Shown: piece by piece, positions 30,284 through 40,900 of the stretch
How positions within the stretch are numbered: position 1 is the first letter of the stretch
Layout: each line of letters begins with the position of its first letter
Origin: an uncultured bacterium
GTDB lineage: Bacteria > Chlamydiota > Chlamydiia > Chlamydiales > CAYWQB01
NCBI GenBank assembly: GCA_964460785.1
Contig: CAYWQB010000001.1
Location: forward strand, 515,234 to 579,233
DNA: 64,000 nt
Direction: 5' to 3'
Made by a program: the position numbers and the translations under genes
Notes under the pieces: generated by a model
Database searches by the model: none
What the model was told of the DNA's origin: nothing
Seen by the model: the letters and a program-made list of their open reading frames with translations, nothing else

Positions 30284-31240
30284 ATGAGCAAACTTGACCA
30301 GCTCAAAGAGATGACCACAGTTGTGGCAGATACCGGAGAAATTAATGCGATCAAGCAATACACTCCAACCGATGCAACAACAAACCCTTCTCTCATCTAT
30401 GCAGCCACACAACTACCTGACTACCAGTCACTTATAGAAGAAGCCTTAACCTACGGTAGAAAAAAAGGCGCAACAGCCGAAGAGCGCCTTGATCATACCA
30501 TGGACAAGCTAACGACAAACTTTGGCACAGAAATCCTAAAGATTGTTCCTGGCCGCGTATCAACCGAAGTCGATGCTCGCCTTTCTTTTGATACAGAAGC
30601 TAGTATTGAAAAAGCAAAAACTCTCATTGGGCTTTATGAGCAAAATGGTATTGATCGTAAGCGCATTCTCATTAAGCTTGCCTCTACTTGGGAAGGCGTT
30701 GAAGCTGCACGTGCTCTAGAGCAAGAGGGCATTCATTGTAACATGACTCTTATGTTCTGCCTTCCCCAAGCCATTGCCTGTGCAGAAGCAAAAGCTACTC
30801 TCATCTCTCCTTTTGTTGGCCGTATCTTAGATTGGCACAAAAAAGCTGAAGGGATCGAAGGGTACCCTCCAGAGAAAGATCCAGGGGTACTTTCTGTTCA
30901 TAAAATTTACAACTACCTAAAGAAGTTTGGCTATCCAATCCAAGTGATGGGAGCTTCCTTCCGTAATGCGGATGAAATCTTACAACTTGCTGGTTGTGAC
31001 CTCTTAACAATCAGCCCCAAACTACTTCAAGAGCTGAGCACCTCTGAAGGAGAAGTTGAAAGAAAACTAGATCCAAAGCTGGCTCAACAAAGCTCGATTG
31101 AAAAGATGGATATTGATGAGCAAGCTTTCCGCTACTTACTGAATGACGATGCGATGGCAACTGAAAAGCTTGCAGAGGGCATTCGCAAGTTTGCTCATGA
31201 CCTAATCAAGCTGGAAAGCTCTATCCGCCAAAAGCTGTAA
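30284..31240 (+). CDS. tal: transaldolase (TalB type)
   Basis: 318 aa. All active-site positions are present at E. coli TalB spacing: D in VADTGE, TNPS, E in STEVD, K in [12 protein letters not shown] and T in CNMT, S and R in ISPFVGR, and S and R in GASFRN. Confidence 0.95.
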   Translation: MSKLDQLKEMTTVVADTGEINAIKQYTPTDATTNPSLIYAATQLPDYQSLIEEALTYGRKKGATAEERLDHTMDKLTTNFGTEILKIVPGRVSTEVDARLSFDTEASIEKAKTLIGLYEQNGIDRKRILIKLASTWEGVEAARALEQEGIHCNMTLMFCLPQAIACAEAKATLISPFVGRILDWHKKAEGIEGYPPEKDPGVLSVHKIYNYLKKFGYPIQVMGASFRNADEILQLAGCDLLTISPKLLQELSTSEGEVERKLDPKLAQQSSIEKMDIDEQAFRYLLNDDAMATEKLAEGIRKFAHDLIKLESSIRQKL

Positions 31241-31250
31241 TTTCTCATGC

Positions 31251-31273
31251 ATTGGGGGCATTTTGCCCCCAAT
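31251..31273 (+). terminator. stem-loop 11 nt after the tal stop (putative terminator or processing hairpin)
   Basis: ATTGGGGGC (31251-31259) pairs perfectly with GCCCCCAAT (31265-31273) around a 5-nt loop. The trailing sequence is T-rich but is not a clean U-tract. Confidence 0.4.
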
Positions 31274-31346
31274 CATATCTTTATTCTTGACATTTCTTAC
31301 GAACTTTCTTATCTCCCGAGCTAAGGGAATAGACTGCAGGTGGCTC

Positions 31347-32243
31347 GTGGAACAGAACTTATGGACACAACTCAAAGAGATCACTAGTGTTGCTTTAGAC
31401 TCTTTCAACCCTCAGGATTACCACTTTTTTACTCCTGAGCATGGGACTTGCAATCCTTCGATTGTGCGGCAATATATGATCCATGCAAACCATCATTTAG
31501 CATCCTCTGGAACGGCAGAGCTTGCTCTTGTGCATGGAGCAGAGGCGATCTTTAAGGAACTCCATGGCAAGCTCGCTATTCAGCTCAATCCTTTTTTTGC
31601 TCATAGTCAAACGCAAATGACCTGCAATGCTAAGCATTTACTCCATCTTTTTGGAGAAGCGGGCATTGAATCAGAACGAGTGATTCTTAAAATTCCAGGC
31701 ACATGGGAAGGCATATTAGCTGCAAAAGAGCTTGAAGAAGAAGGCATTACAACAATGCTTACAGCCGTCTTTACCGCTACACAAGCAATGACAGCAATGG
31801 AAAAAGGGATCTCTTATATTGCTCCTTGGGTTTCAGCCATTCAATCTATTCAAAGTAAAGATTCGCTTCCTTTAAGCCATAAAGGGGTCGAGTTAACTCT
31901 TAATCTCCACCAAGAGTTCAAGCAAAAGCAGGCGAAGACTCGCATCCTTGCAGCGGGCTTAAAGACGATTGAAGAAGCATTTTCTGTAGCAAGTATTGAT
32001 GCTTTAACGATTAAGCCTCGCTTAGCCCTTGAGTTACAAGCAACCCATGAAGTGCCCACACTATATAGAAGTTTTGACTTAAACCTTTGTGATGCGGTGA
32101 CAACAAAGAGAGCATTTGAAAGCCAAATCAAGCAAGAAGGCTCTGCATTAGAGTACCTTGAACAATCCCTCAACCAATTCCGGTTGTCATGGATGGCGAT
32201 TAAACAGCTAGCCTCACAAGGAAGCAGCCTAGCCCTTACTTGA
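31347..32243 (+). CDS. divergent transaldolase-like paralog (possible pseudoenzyme)
   Basis: It aligns without gaps to tal across the core (LKEITSVALDS, CNPSIV, VILKIPGTWEG). I moved the start to GTG 31347, preceded by AGGTGG. The track TTG start at 31263 lies inside the tal hairpin and adds 28 non-homologous residues. Confidence 0.75.
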   Translation: MEQNLWTQLKEITSVALDSFNPQDYHFFTPEHGTCNPSIVRQYMIHANHHLASSGTAELALVHGAEAIFKELHGKLAIQLNPFFAHSQTQMTCNAKHLLHLFGEAGIESERVILKIPGTWEGILAAKELEEEGITTMLTAVFTATQAMTAMEKGISYIAPWVSAIQSIQSKDSLPLSHKGVELTLNLHQEFKQKQAKTRILAAGLKTIEEAFSVASIDALTIKPRLALELQATHEVPTLYRSFDLNLCDAVTTKRAFESQIKQEGSALEYLEQSLNQFRLSWMAIKQLASQGSSLALT

Positions 32244-35200
32244 TTTTTTCGGTGCGAACCTCTCTTGCAACTCTTCTAGGTACACATAGACACAGGGTGT
32301 GATAAAGAGAGTGACGAGCTGACTAATAATCAACCCCCCAACGATCCCTATCCCTAAAGGCATTTCTGCGGACCCACTGGCTCCCATACCAACTGCAATA
32401 GGCACTGCTCCCATTCCTGCGGCAATCGTAGTCATTAAAATAGGGCGAAAGCGCTCTAGGCACGCCTTCTTCACAGCGTCTATTGCATGCAGACCTTCTC
32501 GAATATGCTGATTGGCAAAATCGACAATAATAATCCCATTCTTTAAGACAATTCCTAAAACAACAAATATAGCAATATAGCTGTAAAGAGATAGTTCCTG
32601 GTGCATGACCCACAAAGTGAAGAGTGTCCCAAATAAGACTCCAGGAAGAGTGGACAAAATGGTGATGGGGTGAATAAAGCTTTCATAAAGGATGGTCAAA
32701 ATGACATACACCACAAAAATTGCTAGAGCAAGCAAGATTGCTAGCCTTGTCAATACTTGATCAAAGACTTGAGCCTGCCCTTTAAAGCTAGCAAGGAGCC
32801 CTTTTTCTTTCACTTCTGGGTCAGCTATTTTCTCAAGAGCGCTCATAGCTTCACTTAAGCTATGCCCTTTGGCCACATCAAAACTCAAGGTCACAGAGGT
32901 TAATTTACCCGTCTGAAAAACAGCGGTAGGAGCTGCTTCCATATGAGTTGTGACTAAGCTCTTCAAGGGAACCATGACATTTTTCCCTTCTTCTGGAGAT
33001 ACAGAAGAGCGAATATGAAGGTAGTTTAATGCTTCCACGTACTTGCGAAACGGATCATCGAGAGAGAAGACCACTTTTTGTAAATCTGAGGGTGTATTGT
33101 ATGTATTAATTTGCCCTTCAGCAAAAGCTAAGCCAATTGTCTTAGCCATCTCTTCAGCTGTAATTCCATAAAAACCAGCAAGCTGGCGATTAAAAGTAAT
33201 ATTCATTTTTGGCTTGGTAATCTGAACATTTGAAGAGACCTGAACAAACCTAGAATCTTTTTTCATCGCAGAAAGGATCTCTGCGGCTCCTGTATAGAGC
33301 TTATTAGGATTTCCTAAGGTAGATAGGGTATACTGATACTTCGCAGAGCTAGACTGAGGGCTTGTATTCAAGTTCAGAGGAACAAGCTGTGTATAAAGAG
33401 GCATAAACCCAACAATACCTGTCGCTTTTTCGCGAAGGAGATCAATTACTTCTGAAGTGGTTGGGCGGGGCTCCTTATCACTTAAGTGGATAAAAAACTT
33501 TGTCTCATTTGCTGGCATGAAAGAAAGGTTCGCACCAGAAATCACACGATCCACATAGGGGAGTTCTTTAGCAAGTGCATTTGCGTGATCTTGTGCCTTA
33601 GCTACACGTCCTGGACCGGTTCCTGGCTGTGCAACGCCTATCCCTAAAATAGCCCCTGTATCCCCTGCTGGCAAAAAGTTTTTGGGCAAAGCTTGATAGA
33701 TAAACAAACTACACACCAAGCTAAGAATACCAAGAGCAATAACCTTCATTCGGTGATGAAGAGAGTAATCTAGTAGTGGCGAGTAAAACTTGACCACTTT
33801 AGCCATCACAGCTTTAGATGCTTTTTCCACCTTAGATTCCTCTACGTGCTTGACAAAACGAGAGCAAAGCATAGGAATTAAAGTCACAGCAATAACCCCA
33901 GAAAGAGCAACGGTCAAAACAACAATCATTGCAAACTCCAAAAAGAGCTTACCCATCACTCCCGGCAAGAATGCAAGAGGAAGAAACACCGCTATAAGAG
34001 AAGCGCTCATGGAAATCACTGTAGAGACCACTTCATGAGACCCATCGATAGCTGCTTGAAATGGCTTTTTTCCCTTCTCAATATGACGGAAGATATTTTC
34101 CAGCATGACAATAGCATCATCCACAAGGAAGCCTATAATCAGCACATAGCCAAGCAGGGTGAGGATGTTCACAGAAAATCCAAAGAGCAGCATAAAAATT
34201 GCTGAACCGATGATGGAAAAAGGTAAAGCAAGCACTGGAATGATTGTTGCAGAAGCTCGCCCTAAAAAGAGGAAGACGACCACTACAACAAGAACGAATG
34301 CGATTAAAAGAGTATCACGGACATCTTCTACAGATTTTATAATTGATCCCTTTTGGCTATATACAGTTTCCAACTGAATAGAAGGGGGGAGCTCTTTTTC
34401 AATTTTTGGGAAAAGAGACTCAATACTATCAATCACAGCAACAGTATTGGCTCCAGGCTGCTTATGAATGGCTAAAACGACGGATGAAGAGGATTTGCCC
34501 CCTCTGTGCCAATTTGTGATGGAAAAATTTTCATGGCGCTTTCCTGTATACACACGCCCGATATCGCGCAGGTAAATAGGCTTAGCTCCATGCTGCCCTA
34601 CAATAACCTCCTCATAATCCTCAGCCTTTTTAATTTGCCCTTGTGAAGCCAGCTCATAAGACTTATCGTCCGTATAAACCCTTCCCCCTGGAAATGTTGT
34701 TGAAGATCTACGGAGTTGCTCGGCAACTTCTGTAATATTCAGGTTTCTTTGCGCTAACTTTCTAGGGTCCACTTTTATGCGGATTGCCTGATCTGTCCCA
34801 AAATATGCAATATCCCCTACTCCTGCGAGGATACTGATATTATCCCCTAATAGAGTCTCCGCATAGTTATATAAATCGGTCTCTGTTTGTGTTTGTGAAT
34901 TAATAGCCAGGTACATAATGGGTTGATCGGATGGATTATATACCTGGAAGCTTGGAGGCTGAGGCATATCTTGGGGCAGGTGTGCCAAAGCTGCAGAAAT
35001 TGCCTTTTGAGTATCTGCCTCTGCTTCTGCAATCGGCTTATCCAAATCGAAGGAAAGGACAGCAATAGAAAGGCCAGAGATATTCATCGTCTCAGAACTT
35101 GTAATCCCTGGGATGCCTAAAAATTCTGTTTGCAAGGGCAAGGAAACATTCTCTGCCATATCCTCTGGAGTAAAGCCTGGGTAGGAAGCTTGAACCTGTA

Positions 35201-35333
35201 TCACAGGCACCTGCACATTTGGCAAGTCACTCACAGGCAACTTAAAAAGACAGATTACCCCAAAGACAATAACAGCAATCGCTAAAATTCCCGTCATTGC
35301 TGGGCGTCGAATACAGATCTTGCTTAGCGACAT
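32229..35333 (-). CDS. RND efflux transporter, AcrB/HAE1-like inner-membrane pump
   Basis: 1034 aa with a 12-TM architecture and two large periplasmic loops. The N-terminus (ICIRRPAMTGILAIAVIVFG) is typical. Confidence 0.95.
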   Translation of the reverse strand: MSLSKICIRRPAMTGILAIAVIVFGVICLFKLPVSDLPNVQVPVIQVQASYPGFTPEDMAENVSLPLQTEFLGIPGITSSETMNISGLSIAVLSFDLDKPIAEAEADTQKAISAALAHLPQDMPQPPSFQVYNPSDQPIMYLAINSQTQTETDLYNYAETLLGDNISILAGVGDIAYFGTDQAIRIKVDPRKLAQRNLNITEVAEQLRRSSTTFPGGRVYTDDKSYELASQGQIKKAEDYEEVIVGQHGAKPIYLRDIGRVYTGKRHENFSITNWHRGGKSSSSVVLAIHKQPGANTVAVIDSIESLFPKIEKELPPSIQLETVYSQKGSIIKSVEDVRDTLLIAFVLVVVVVFLFLGRASATIIPVLALPFSIIGSAIFMLLFGFSVNILTLLGYVLIIGFLVDDAIVMLENIFRHIEKGKKPFQAAIDGSHEVVSTVISMSASLIAVFLPLAFLPGVMGKLFLEFAMIVVLTVALSGVIAVTLIPMLCSRFVKHVEESKVEKASKAVMAKVVKFYSPLLDYSLHHRMKVIALGILSLVCSLFIYQALPKNFLPAGDTGAILGIGVAQPGTGPGRVAKAQDHANALAKELPYVDRVISGANLSFMPANETKFFIHLSDKEPRPTTSEVIDLLREKATGIVGFMPLYTQLVPLNLNTSPQSSSAKYQYTLSTLGNPNKLYTGAAEILSAMKKDSRFVQVSSNVQITKPKMNITFNRQLAGFYGITAEEMAKTIGLAFAEGQINTYNTPSDLQKVVFSLDDPFRKYVEALNYLHIRSSVSPEEGKNVMVPLKSLVTTHMEAAPTAVFQTGKLTSVTLSFDVAKGHSLSEAMSALEKIADPEVKEKGLLASFKGQAQVFDQVLTRLAILLALAIFVVYVILTILYESFIHPITILSTLPGVLFGTLFTLWVMHQELSLYSYIAIFVVLGIVLKNGIIIVDFANQHIREGLHAIDAVKKACLERFRPILMTTIAAGMGAVPIAVGMGASGSAEMPLGIGIVGGLIISQLVTLFITPCVYVYLEELQERFAPKKSSKG

Positions 35334-35342
35334 ACAAGGCTC

Positions 35343-36428
35343 CTAATAGGTAACTTTTGCTCCTGGATAAAGCCTTAATTGTCCATCTGTTACAATGGTA
35401 TCCCCAGCTTCAACCCCTTTTGTAATGACATAATCACTACCAAACCTTTGACCTACTTCCACAGGTCGCACTTCCACTTCATGCTGCGCATTAGCAATAT
35501 AGACATATTGCCCCTTACTGTTAATTTGCAGAGCTTCTTGAGGCACAAGCACAGCTTGCTTAATTGTTTTCAGGTTCAAAACAACCTCAAGGTACTCCCC
35601 TGGCCATAAAAGCTTATCCGTATTTTCCACACGAGCCTCAAGCTCAATGGTACCAGACAGTGTATCGACAGCATTTTGCAAACTATTCAGCACGCCTTGA
35701 ATCTTTTCCCCAGCTAGGGTCTGTACTTCAACCGTCAGTCCTTCTTGCTTTGCTTGCTCAGCATAATGCCGAACAACACTTAAGTCATTTTGAGAAAGAG
35801 TAAACTTCACATGCATGGGAGAAAGCATATTCAGAGCAATTAAAGGGGTACTTGTCTCTGTGATGACATTCCCCTCATCATATTCGGAAATCCCTAGAAT
35901 GCCATCCATAGGGGCATGGATATAGCAGTACTCTAGTTCCAACTGCGCTTTCTCTTTTGTAGCTTGTGCTTCTTTTAGTTGAGCTTGTAGTTCTTTCAGC
36001 TTACTTTCTGTTTTATGGAAAGTATCTTGAGACACAATATCATCCCCAACTAACCGTTGGTAACGGCCTAGAAGCCCTTCCTGATAGCTAACTTCCGCCT
36101 GTATCTCTTCTACATCAGCTTCTGCCTTACGTAGCTCTGCTTCATATGGTCTAGGGTCGATCTCATACAAAAGCTCTCCCTGACTCACAGACTGTCCATC
36201 TTTTACATAGGTCTTAATGATTTTCCCTGTCACCTGCGAGTAAATCTGTACATGCTTGTAGGATGACGCATACCCCACGCCATGCACATAAAAGGGGACA
36301 TCTTCAGCCTTAGCTTGCTGGACTTTAACAGAGACAGCCGGAGACTCTGTATGAGGGCTGCTTTTTTCACTACACGCACCTAGCACTAGGCCCAAGCCTA
36401 AAATAGTCATCGCCAATTTATGACTCAT
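35343..36428 (-). CDS. RND efflux periplasmic adaptor (membrane fusion protein), lipoprotein
   Basis: 361 aa with lipobox LGAC, coiled-coil hairpin and barrel segments. It has a 4-nt overlap with the upstream OMP gene. Confidence 0.9.
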   Translation of the reverse strand: MSHKLAMTILGLGLVLGACSEKSSPHTESPAVSVKVQQAKAEDVPFYVHGVGYASSYKHVQIYSQVTGKIIKTYVKDGQSVSQGELLYEIDPRPYEAELRKAEADVEEIQAEVSYQEGLLGRYQRLVGDDIVSQDTFHKTESKLKELQAQLKEAQATKEKAQLELEYCYIHAPMDGILGISEYDEGNVITETSTPLIALNMLSPMHVKFTLSQNDLSVVRHYAEQAKQEGLTVEVQTLAGEKIQGVLNSLQNAVDTLSGTIELEARVENTDKLLWPGEYLEVVLNLKTIKQAVLVPQEALQINSKGQYVYIANAQHEVEVRPVEVGQRFGSDYVITKGVEAGDTIVTDGQLRLYPGAKVTY

Positions 36429-37834
36429 AAATGTTCCCCTATAGGTTTCCCTGTGTAAAAGCTAAGGTTAGCAAGAGCCATGAAATACCCTTTGCGAGCC
36501 CCTGTCCATTGTTTACGTGCTGAAGCAAGCGAATTTTGTGCAGTTAACACATCAATCACACTACTCAATCCACCAGAAAATTTTTCCATGGCTATATTGA
36601 ATGCTTCATTAGCAGACTCTAAGTATTCTGCTGTCAGAGCATACTCTCTTGAAGCTTGCTGAACGTCTTCCCAAGCACTTGCCACCTCTTGAGAAAGCAT
36701 GACTTCTTTAGCACGCAACTTTGAGCGCGCATGTAGTACCTTCTGCTTTGCAGCTTCTACTTGAAAAAAGCGCTTAAACCCTTCAAAAATATCATAGGAA
36801 ATTGCAACTTGTCCTGTCACTTCATAGCTGGGACTGGGCCCTCGAGAGTAGTAGGGTTTGTCATAACTTGCCGTTAGGGAGAGTGTTGGAAAAAACTCCG
36901 CTCTATACTCTGACACAGAGGCTTTTTCTCCTATGATAGCACTTTGTAAAGCTAAGAGATCAGGTCTAGCTTGTAAGGCATCCTCTGCAAGTTGCTTCAC
37001 TGAATAGTCAGTGAGATCTATTTTTTCAGGAAAGATTGCTGCGACTTCAAGGCGCTCCTCAACCGGCACTCCGATGCTCATTTTCAGCTTATTCAGGTTT
37101 TTCTTTTGAGTATTCTGTTCTTCACTAAGACGGATTTTTGCACTTAAGTAGTTCGAGCGAGCTTGTAAATAGTCAGAGCGATCTAATACGCCCGCATCTT
37201 GCCTAGCTTGTGCAACCTCTACAAGCCGTTCCAAGTCTTCTACATTTTTTTCCTCATTCACAACATCTTGTTGGCTACCAACAGTGCTCCAGTAGTGAGT
37301 TGTTACCTCTTGCTCAACCTCTTGAAGTAAGCGGTTGTAGTTCAAGCTTTCGACTTCGAAGCTCTCATGCGCACGACGTACTTTTGCAGATCGCTTGCCA
37401 AAATCATAGATTGTGTAATTGACCTCAGCCTGAGGAGTAAAAGAGCTAATTTCTGTGGTTTGGATATGATTTGGCGAAGTGATCGAACTTTGTCGCGACC
37501 GCTCTGCTGATGCAGAAACACTTATGCTAGGGAAGTAATCAGCTCGAGCTTCTTGAATTAAGCTTTTCTGGTACGCTGAGCTATAATAGCTTGCACGAAT
37601 CTTAGGGTTTTCATGCATCGCATAGTCGACTAGTTTCTTTAGACTCACAGGCCCTTCTGGCAGAGGCTTCCGTACGACATCTTGCTGCTTAAAAGTATCA
37701 GGATCGTGCCATGGCTTCCCTACCTCCTGATTAGGAGCCACTTCTTCCTGCAAAACCTTTTGACTTTGGCAGCCATAGCCCAAAAGGAATGTGCCTATCA
37801 CTAATAGAAAACTCGACCGAAACATAAAATCCAT
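36425..37834 (-). CDS. outer-membrane efflux protein (TolC/NodT-type lipoprotein)
   Basis: 469 aa with lipobox GYGC and the two-repeat OEP pattern. It is the first gene of the OMP-MFP-RND operon. Confidence 0.85.
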   Translation of the reverse strand: MDFMFRSSFLLVIGTFLLGYGCQSQKVLQEEVAPNQEVGKPWHDPDTFKQQDVVRKPLPEGPVSLKKLVDYAMHENPKIRASYYSSAYQKSLIQEARADYFPSISVSASAERSRQSSITSPNHIQTTEISSFTPQAEVNYTIYDFGKRSAKVRRAHESFEVESLNYNRLLQEVEQEVTTHYWSTVGSQQDVVNEEKNVEDLERLVEVAQARQDAGVLDRSDYLQARSNYLSAKIRLSEEQNTQKKNLNKLKMSIGVPVEERLEVAAIFPEKIDLTDYSVKQLAEDALQARPDLLALQSAIIGEKASVSEYRAEFFPTLSLTASYDKPYYSRGPSPSYEVTGQVAISYDIFEGFKRFFQVEAAKQKVLHARSKLRAKEVMLSQEVASAWEDVQQASREYALTAEYLESANEAFNIAMEKFSGGLSSVIDVLTAQNSLASARKQWTGARKGYFMALANLSFYTGKPIGEHL

Positions 37835-37865
37835 CTGCTCTTTTCCAGTTTGTGATAGCAGAGAA

Positions 37866-37875
37866 TTTTTTTTTT
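37866..37875. repeat. T10 homopolymer (A10 on the coding strand) 32-41 nt upstream of the efflux operon start codon
   Basis: Read directly from the sequence: gagaa tttttttttt acata. Confidence 0.9.
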
Positions 37876-37895
37876 ACATAGTCCGAACTAAAGAG

Positions 37896-37930
37896 AAAAA
37901 AAAAGCCTGCACTCGAAAAAGTGCAGGCTT
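37896..37930 (-). terminator. rho-independent terminator of rpoC
   Basis: On the minus strand, AAGCCTGCAC (complement of 37921-37930) pairs with GTGCAGGCTT (complement of 37903-37912) around an 8-nt loop. A U7 tract follows (complement of 37896-37902). The stem starts 31 nt after the rpoC stop. Confidence 0.8.
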
Positions 37931-37960
37931 ATACGAAACCAGAGATTCTTTGCTTAAGGT

Positions 37961-40900
37961 CTAATCATCAAACTGGAAAGCAAGCTCTTCTTCACGCTCA
38001 GTGTTGACAAACTTGTTTACACGCTTGTGATAAACGAACCCGGTACCTCCAGGCACAATATGCCCAGCGATCACGTTTTCTTTAAAACCATTCAAGAAGT
38101 CTTCTTTTCCTTCACATGCAGCATCTGTCAAGACACGTGTTGTATCCTGGAAGGAAGCTGCTGACATAAAGGACTTTGTTCCTAGAGAGGCCTTGGTAAT
38201 CCCTAAGAGAACAGGAGCTGCCTGTGCAGGCTTACCCCCCTCTTCCATTACCTTCTTATTCTCAGCATGGAAGTCTCTCTTATCCACCTCTTCTCCATAA
38301 AGAAGGATGGTATCACCTGGGTCTGAAACGCGAACCTTTTGTAGCATCTGGCGCACGATAATCTCAATATGCTTATCGTTAATGTCTACCCCCTGAAGGC
38401 GGTAAACTTCTTGCACCTGGCTAACAAGGTAACGCTGCAGCTCACGCACACCGCTGATATCTAGGATCTCCTGTGGCACGACAAGACCATCTGTTAGGGC
38501 TTGTCCTTTGATGACACGATCTCCCTTTTGGACAATCAAGTGCTTGGTCAAAGGAATCAGGTGCTCCTCTTCCATCTTGGACACTTCATCACAGACCACA
38601 ACAATGCGCTTGTTCTTCTGCACGCCTTTGAAATCAACAATACCATCGATTTTTGCAATCTCAGCAGCTTCTTTTGGCTTTCTCGCTTCAAAAAGCTCGG
38701 CAACTCGAGGAAGACCCCCGGTAATATCCTTTGTTTTGATTGCAGAGCGTGGTAGACGAGCAAGGAGACTACCAGCACGGACTTTGTCACCTTCCTTAAC
38801 AGAGATGATCGCTCCTGATGGAATAGCATAAGCTCCAACAAGCTCTGTGCATCCCTTATCAGCGTAGATCATAATCTGAGGATGGAGTTCTCCGCGGTGT
38901 TGCTTAACTACAAGTTCCGACTGCCCTGTCTGCTTATTTGTATCAAACTCTGTAGAAATTCCTTCTACTAGATCTTCATACTTCACATAACCAGGCTTTT
39001 CACAAATAATCGGAATGTTGTGTTGCTCAGCTTCACCAACCTCTGTGCCTTTTTTGACCTCTGCCCCATCAGAAATGAAGATACGAGTTCCGACTTCAAG
39101 TCCGAATGACTGCATTGGTTCAATAGACTTGTTCGCAAGAAGCTTCTTGTACTCATCAAGAGGACGTTTTTCGTCCCGTACAATATGGAGGATGCCATTT
39201 TTATTTAGTGCAACCCACTGCCCTTCTTGGTTCTGAACAGTACGAACATCTTGGTAAACCAAGATTCCATCATGCTCAGCAATCAATTGCGGCTCAAGAG
39301 ATGCAGAAGCAACCCCTCCAAGGTGGAAGGTATCCATTGTCAACTGTGTTCCAGGCTCACCAATTGACTGTGCAGCGATAATTCCAACAGCTTCACCTTG
39401 GCTAACTTCTCTTCCTGTAGCTAGGTTGAGGCCATAACACTTTGCACAGACTCCACGATAGCTTTCACAAGTAGTAACCGAACGGATTTTTACTGTTTCG
39501 ATACCAGCATCATCAATCAACTCTGCTTGATCCCAGTTCAGAACATCTCCAGACTTCGCTAGCAGTTTATTGCTATCTCCAGGCTGATAGGTGTCTTCAA
39601 CAACAGTTCGGCCGTAGATACGATCCTTCAAAGCAAGAACTTCTTCTTGTCCCTGTTTGATGCTCGCCATCTCAATGCCGTTGATCGTTCCACAGTCTTC
39701 TTCTGTAATGATGACATCTTGTGCGACATCAACAAGACGACGAGTCAAGTAACCGGAGTCCGCTGTTTTAAGAGCTGTATCGGCAAGACCTTTACGCGCA
39801 CCGTGAGAAGAGATGAAGTACTGCATCACCGTTAGACCTTCTCGGAAGTTAGACGTAATAGGAGATTCAATAATATCCCCTGAAGGTCGAGCCATCAGAC
39901 CTCTCAAGGCACCTAGCTGACGCACCTGGCTCTTGTTTCCTCGAGCTCCTGAGTCTAGCATTAGGTACAGTGGGTTTAGGTCACCATCTGTTGTGTCCAT
40001 CAGCTTCTGGAAAAGATCTTCGCCAATAAGGTCTCCAATCTCTGTCCAAATGCTAATAGTTTTGGATTCACGCTCACCATCTGTGATAATTCCGTCCTCA
40101 TACTGCTGACGAACCTTTTCAACACGCTCATGCCCTTCTTCAAGGAACTTTTCCTTGCATTGTGGAATGACGATATCACAAACCCCCATAGAGGAAGCGG
40201 CTTTCGTTGCCTGGTGGAAACCTAGATTCTTCAGATCATCCAAGAAACGAACCGTACGCTCTAGCCCTACCTTTTTGTGGCAAGCTAGAATCAACTCTTC
40301 CATCTTTCTCTTTGGTAGGCTGTAGTTTTGGAAACCAAGCTCTTTTGGAATGATGGTGTTGAAGATCACACGACCTGGCGTTGTTTCAATGATTGCGCCA
40401 TCTTCTAAACGAAGCTTAATACGCTCATGAACACGCACTCCTCGGCCAGAGTTTTCCCAACGGTTGCTCTTTGCCCAAGAAAGAGTCTCGTTTGTATAGA
40501 TAGATCCTGAAGGGCTTAGTGCAAGCAAGACTTCTTCGCGGTTAGCAAATGCTCGTACACGCTTCCCTTCCTTTTCAGGATCATAGACAGGATCATGCAT
40601 GAGGTAGTACAGGCCAAGTGTCATATCCTGGTCAGGTACAGCAACAGGCTTACCAGAAGATGGTAAGAAGATGTTGTCTGAAGCCATCATTAGCACTTTT
40701 GCTTCAATCTGCGCTTCAACTGAAAGAGGAATATGCACAGCCATTTGGTCACCATCGAAGTCGGCGTTAAAGGCCGAGCAAACAAGAGGGTGTACACGAA
40801 TCGCTTTTCCTTCAATCAAGGTTGGCTCAAACGCCTGGATCCCGAGTCTGTGCAGTGTAGGTGCACGGTTAAGGAGCACAGGGTGCTTACGGATGATGTC

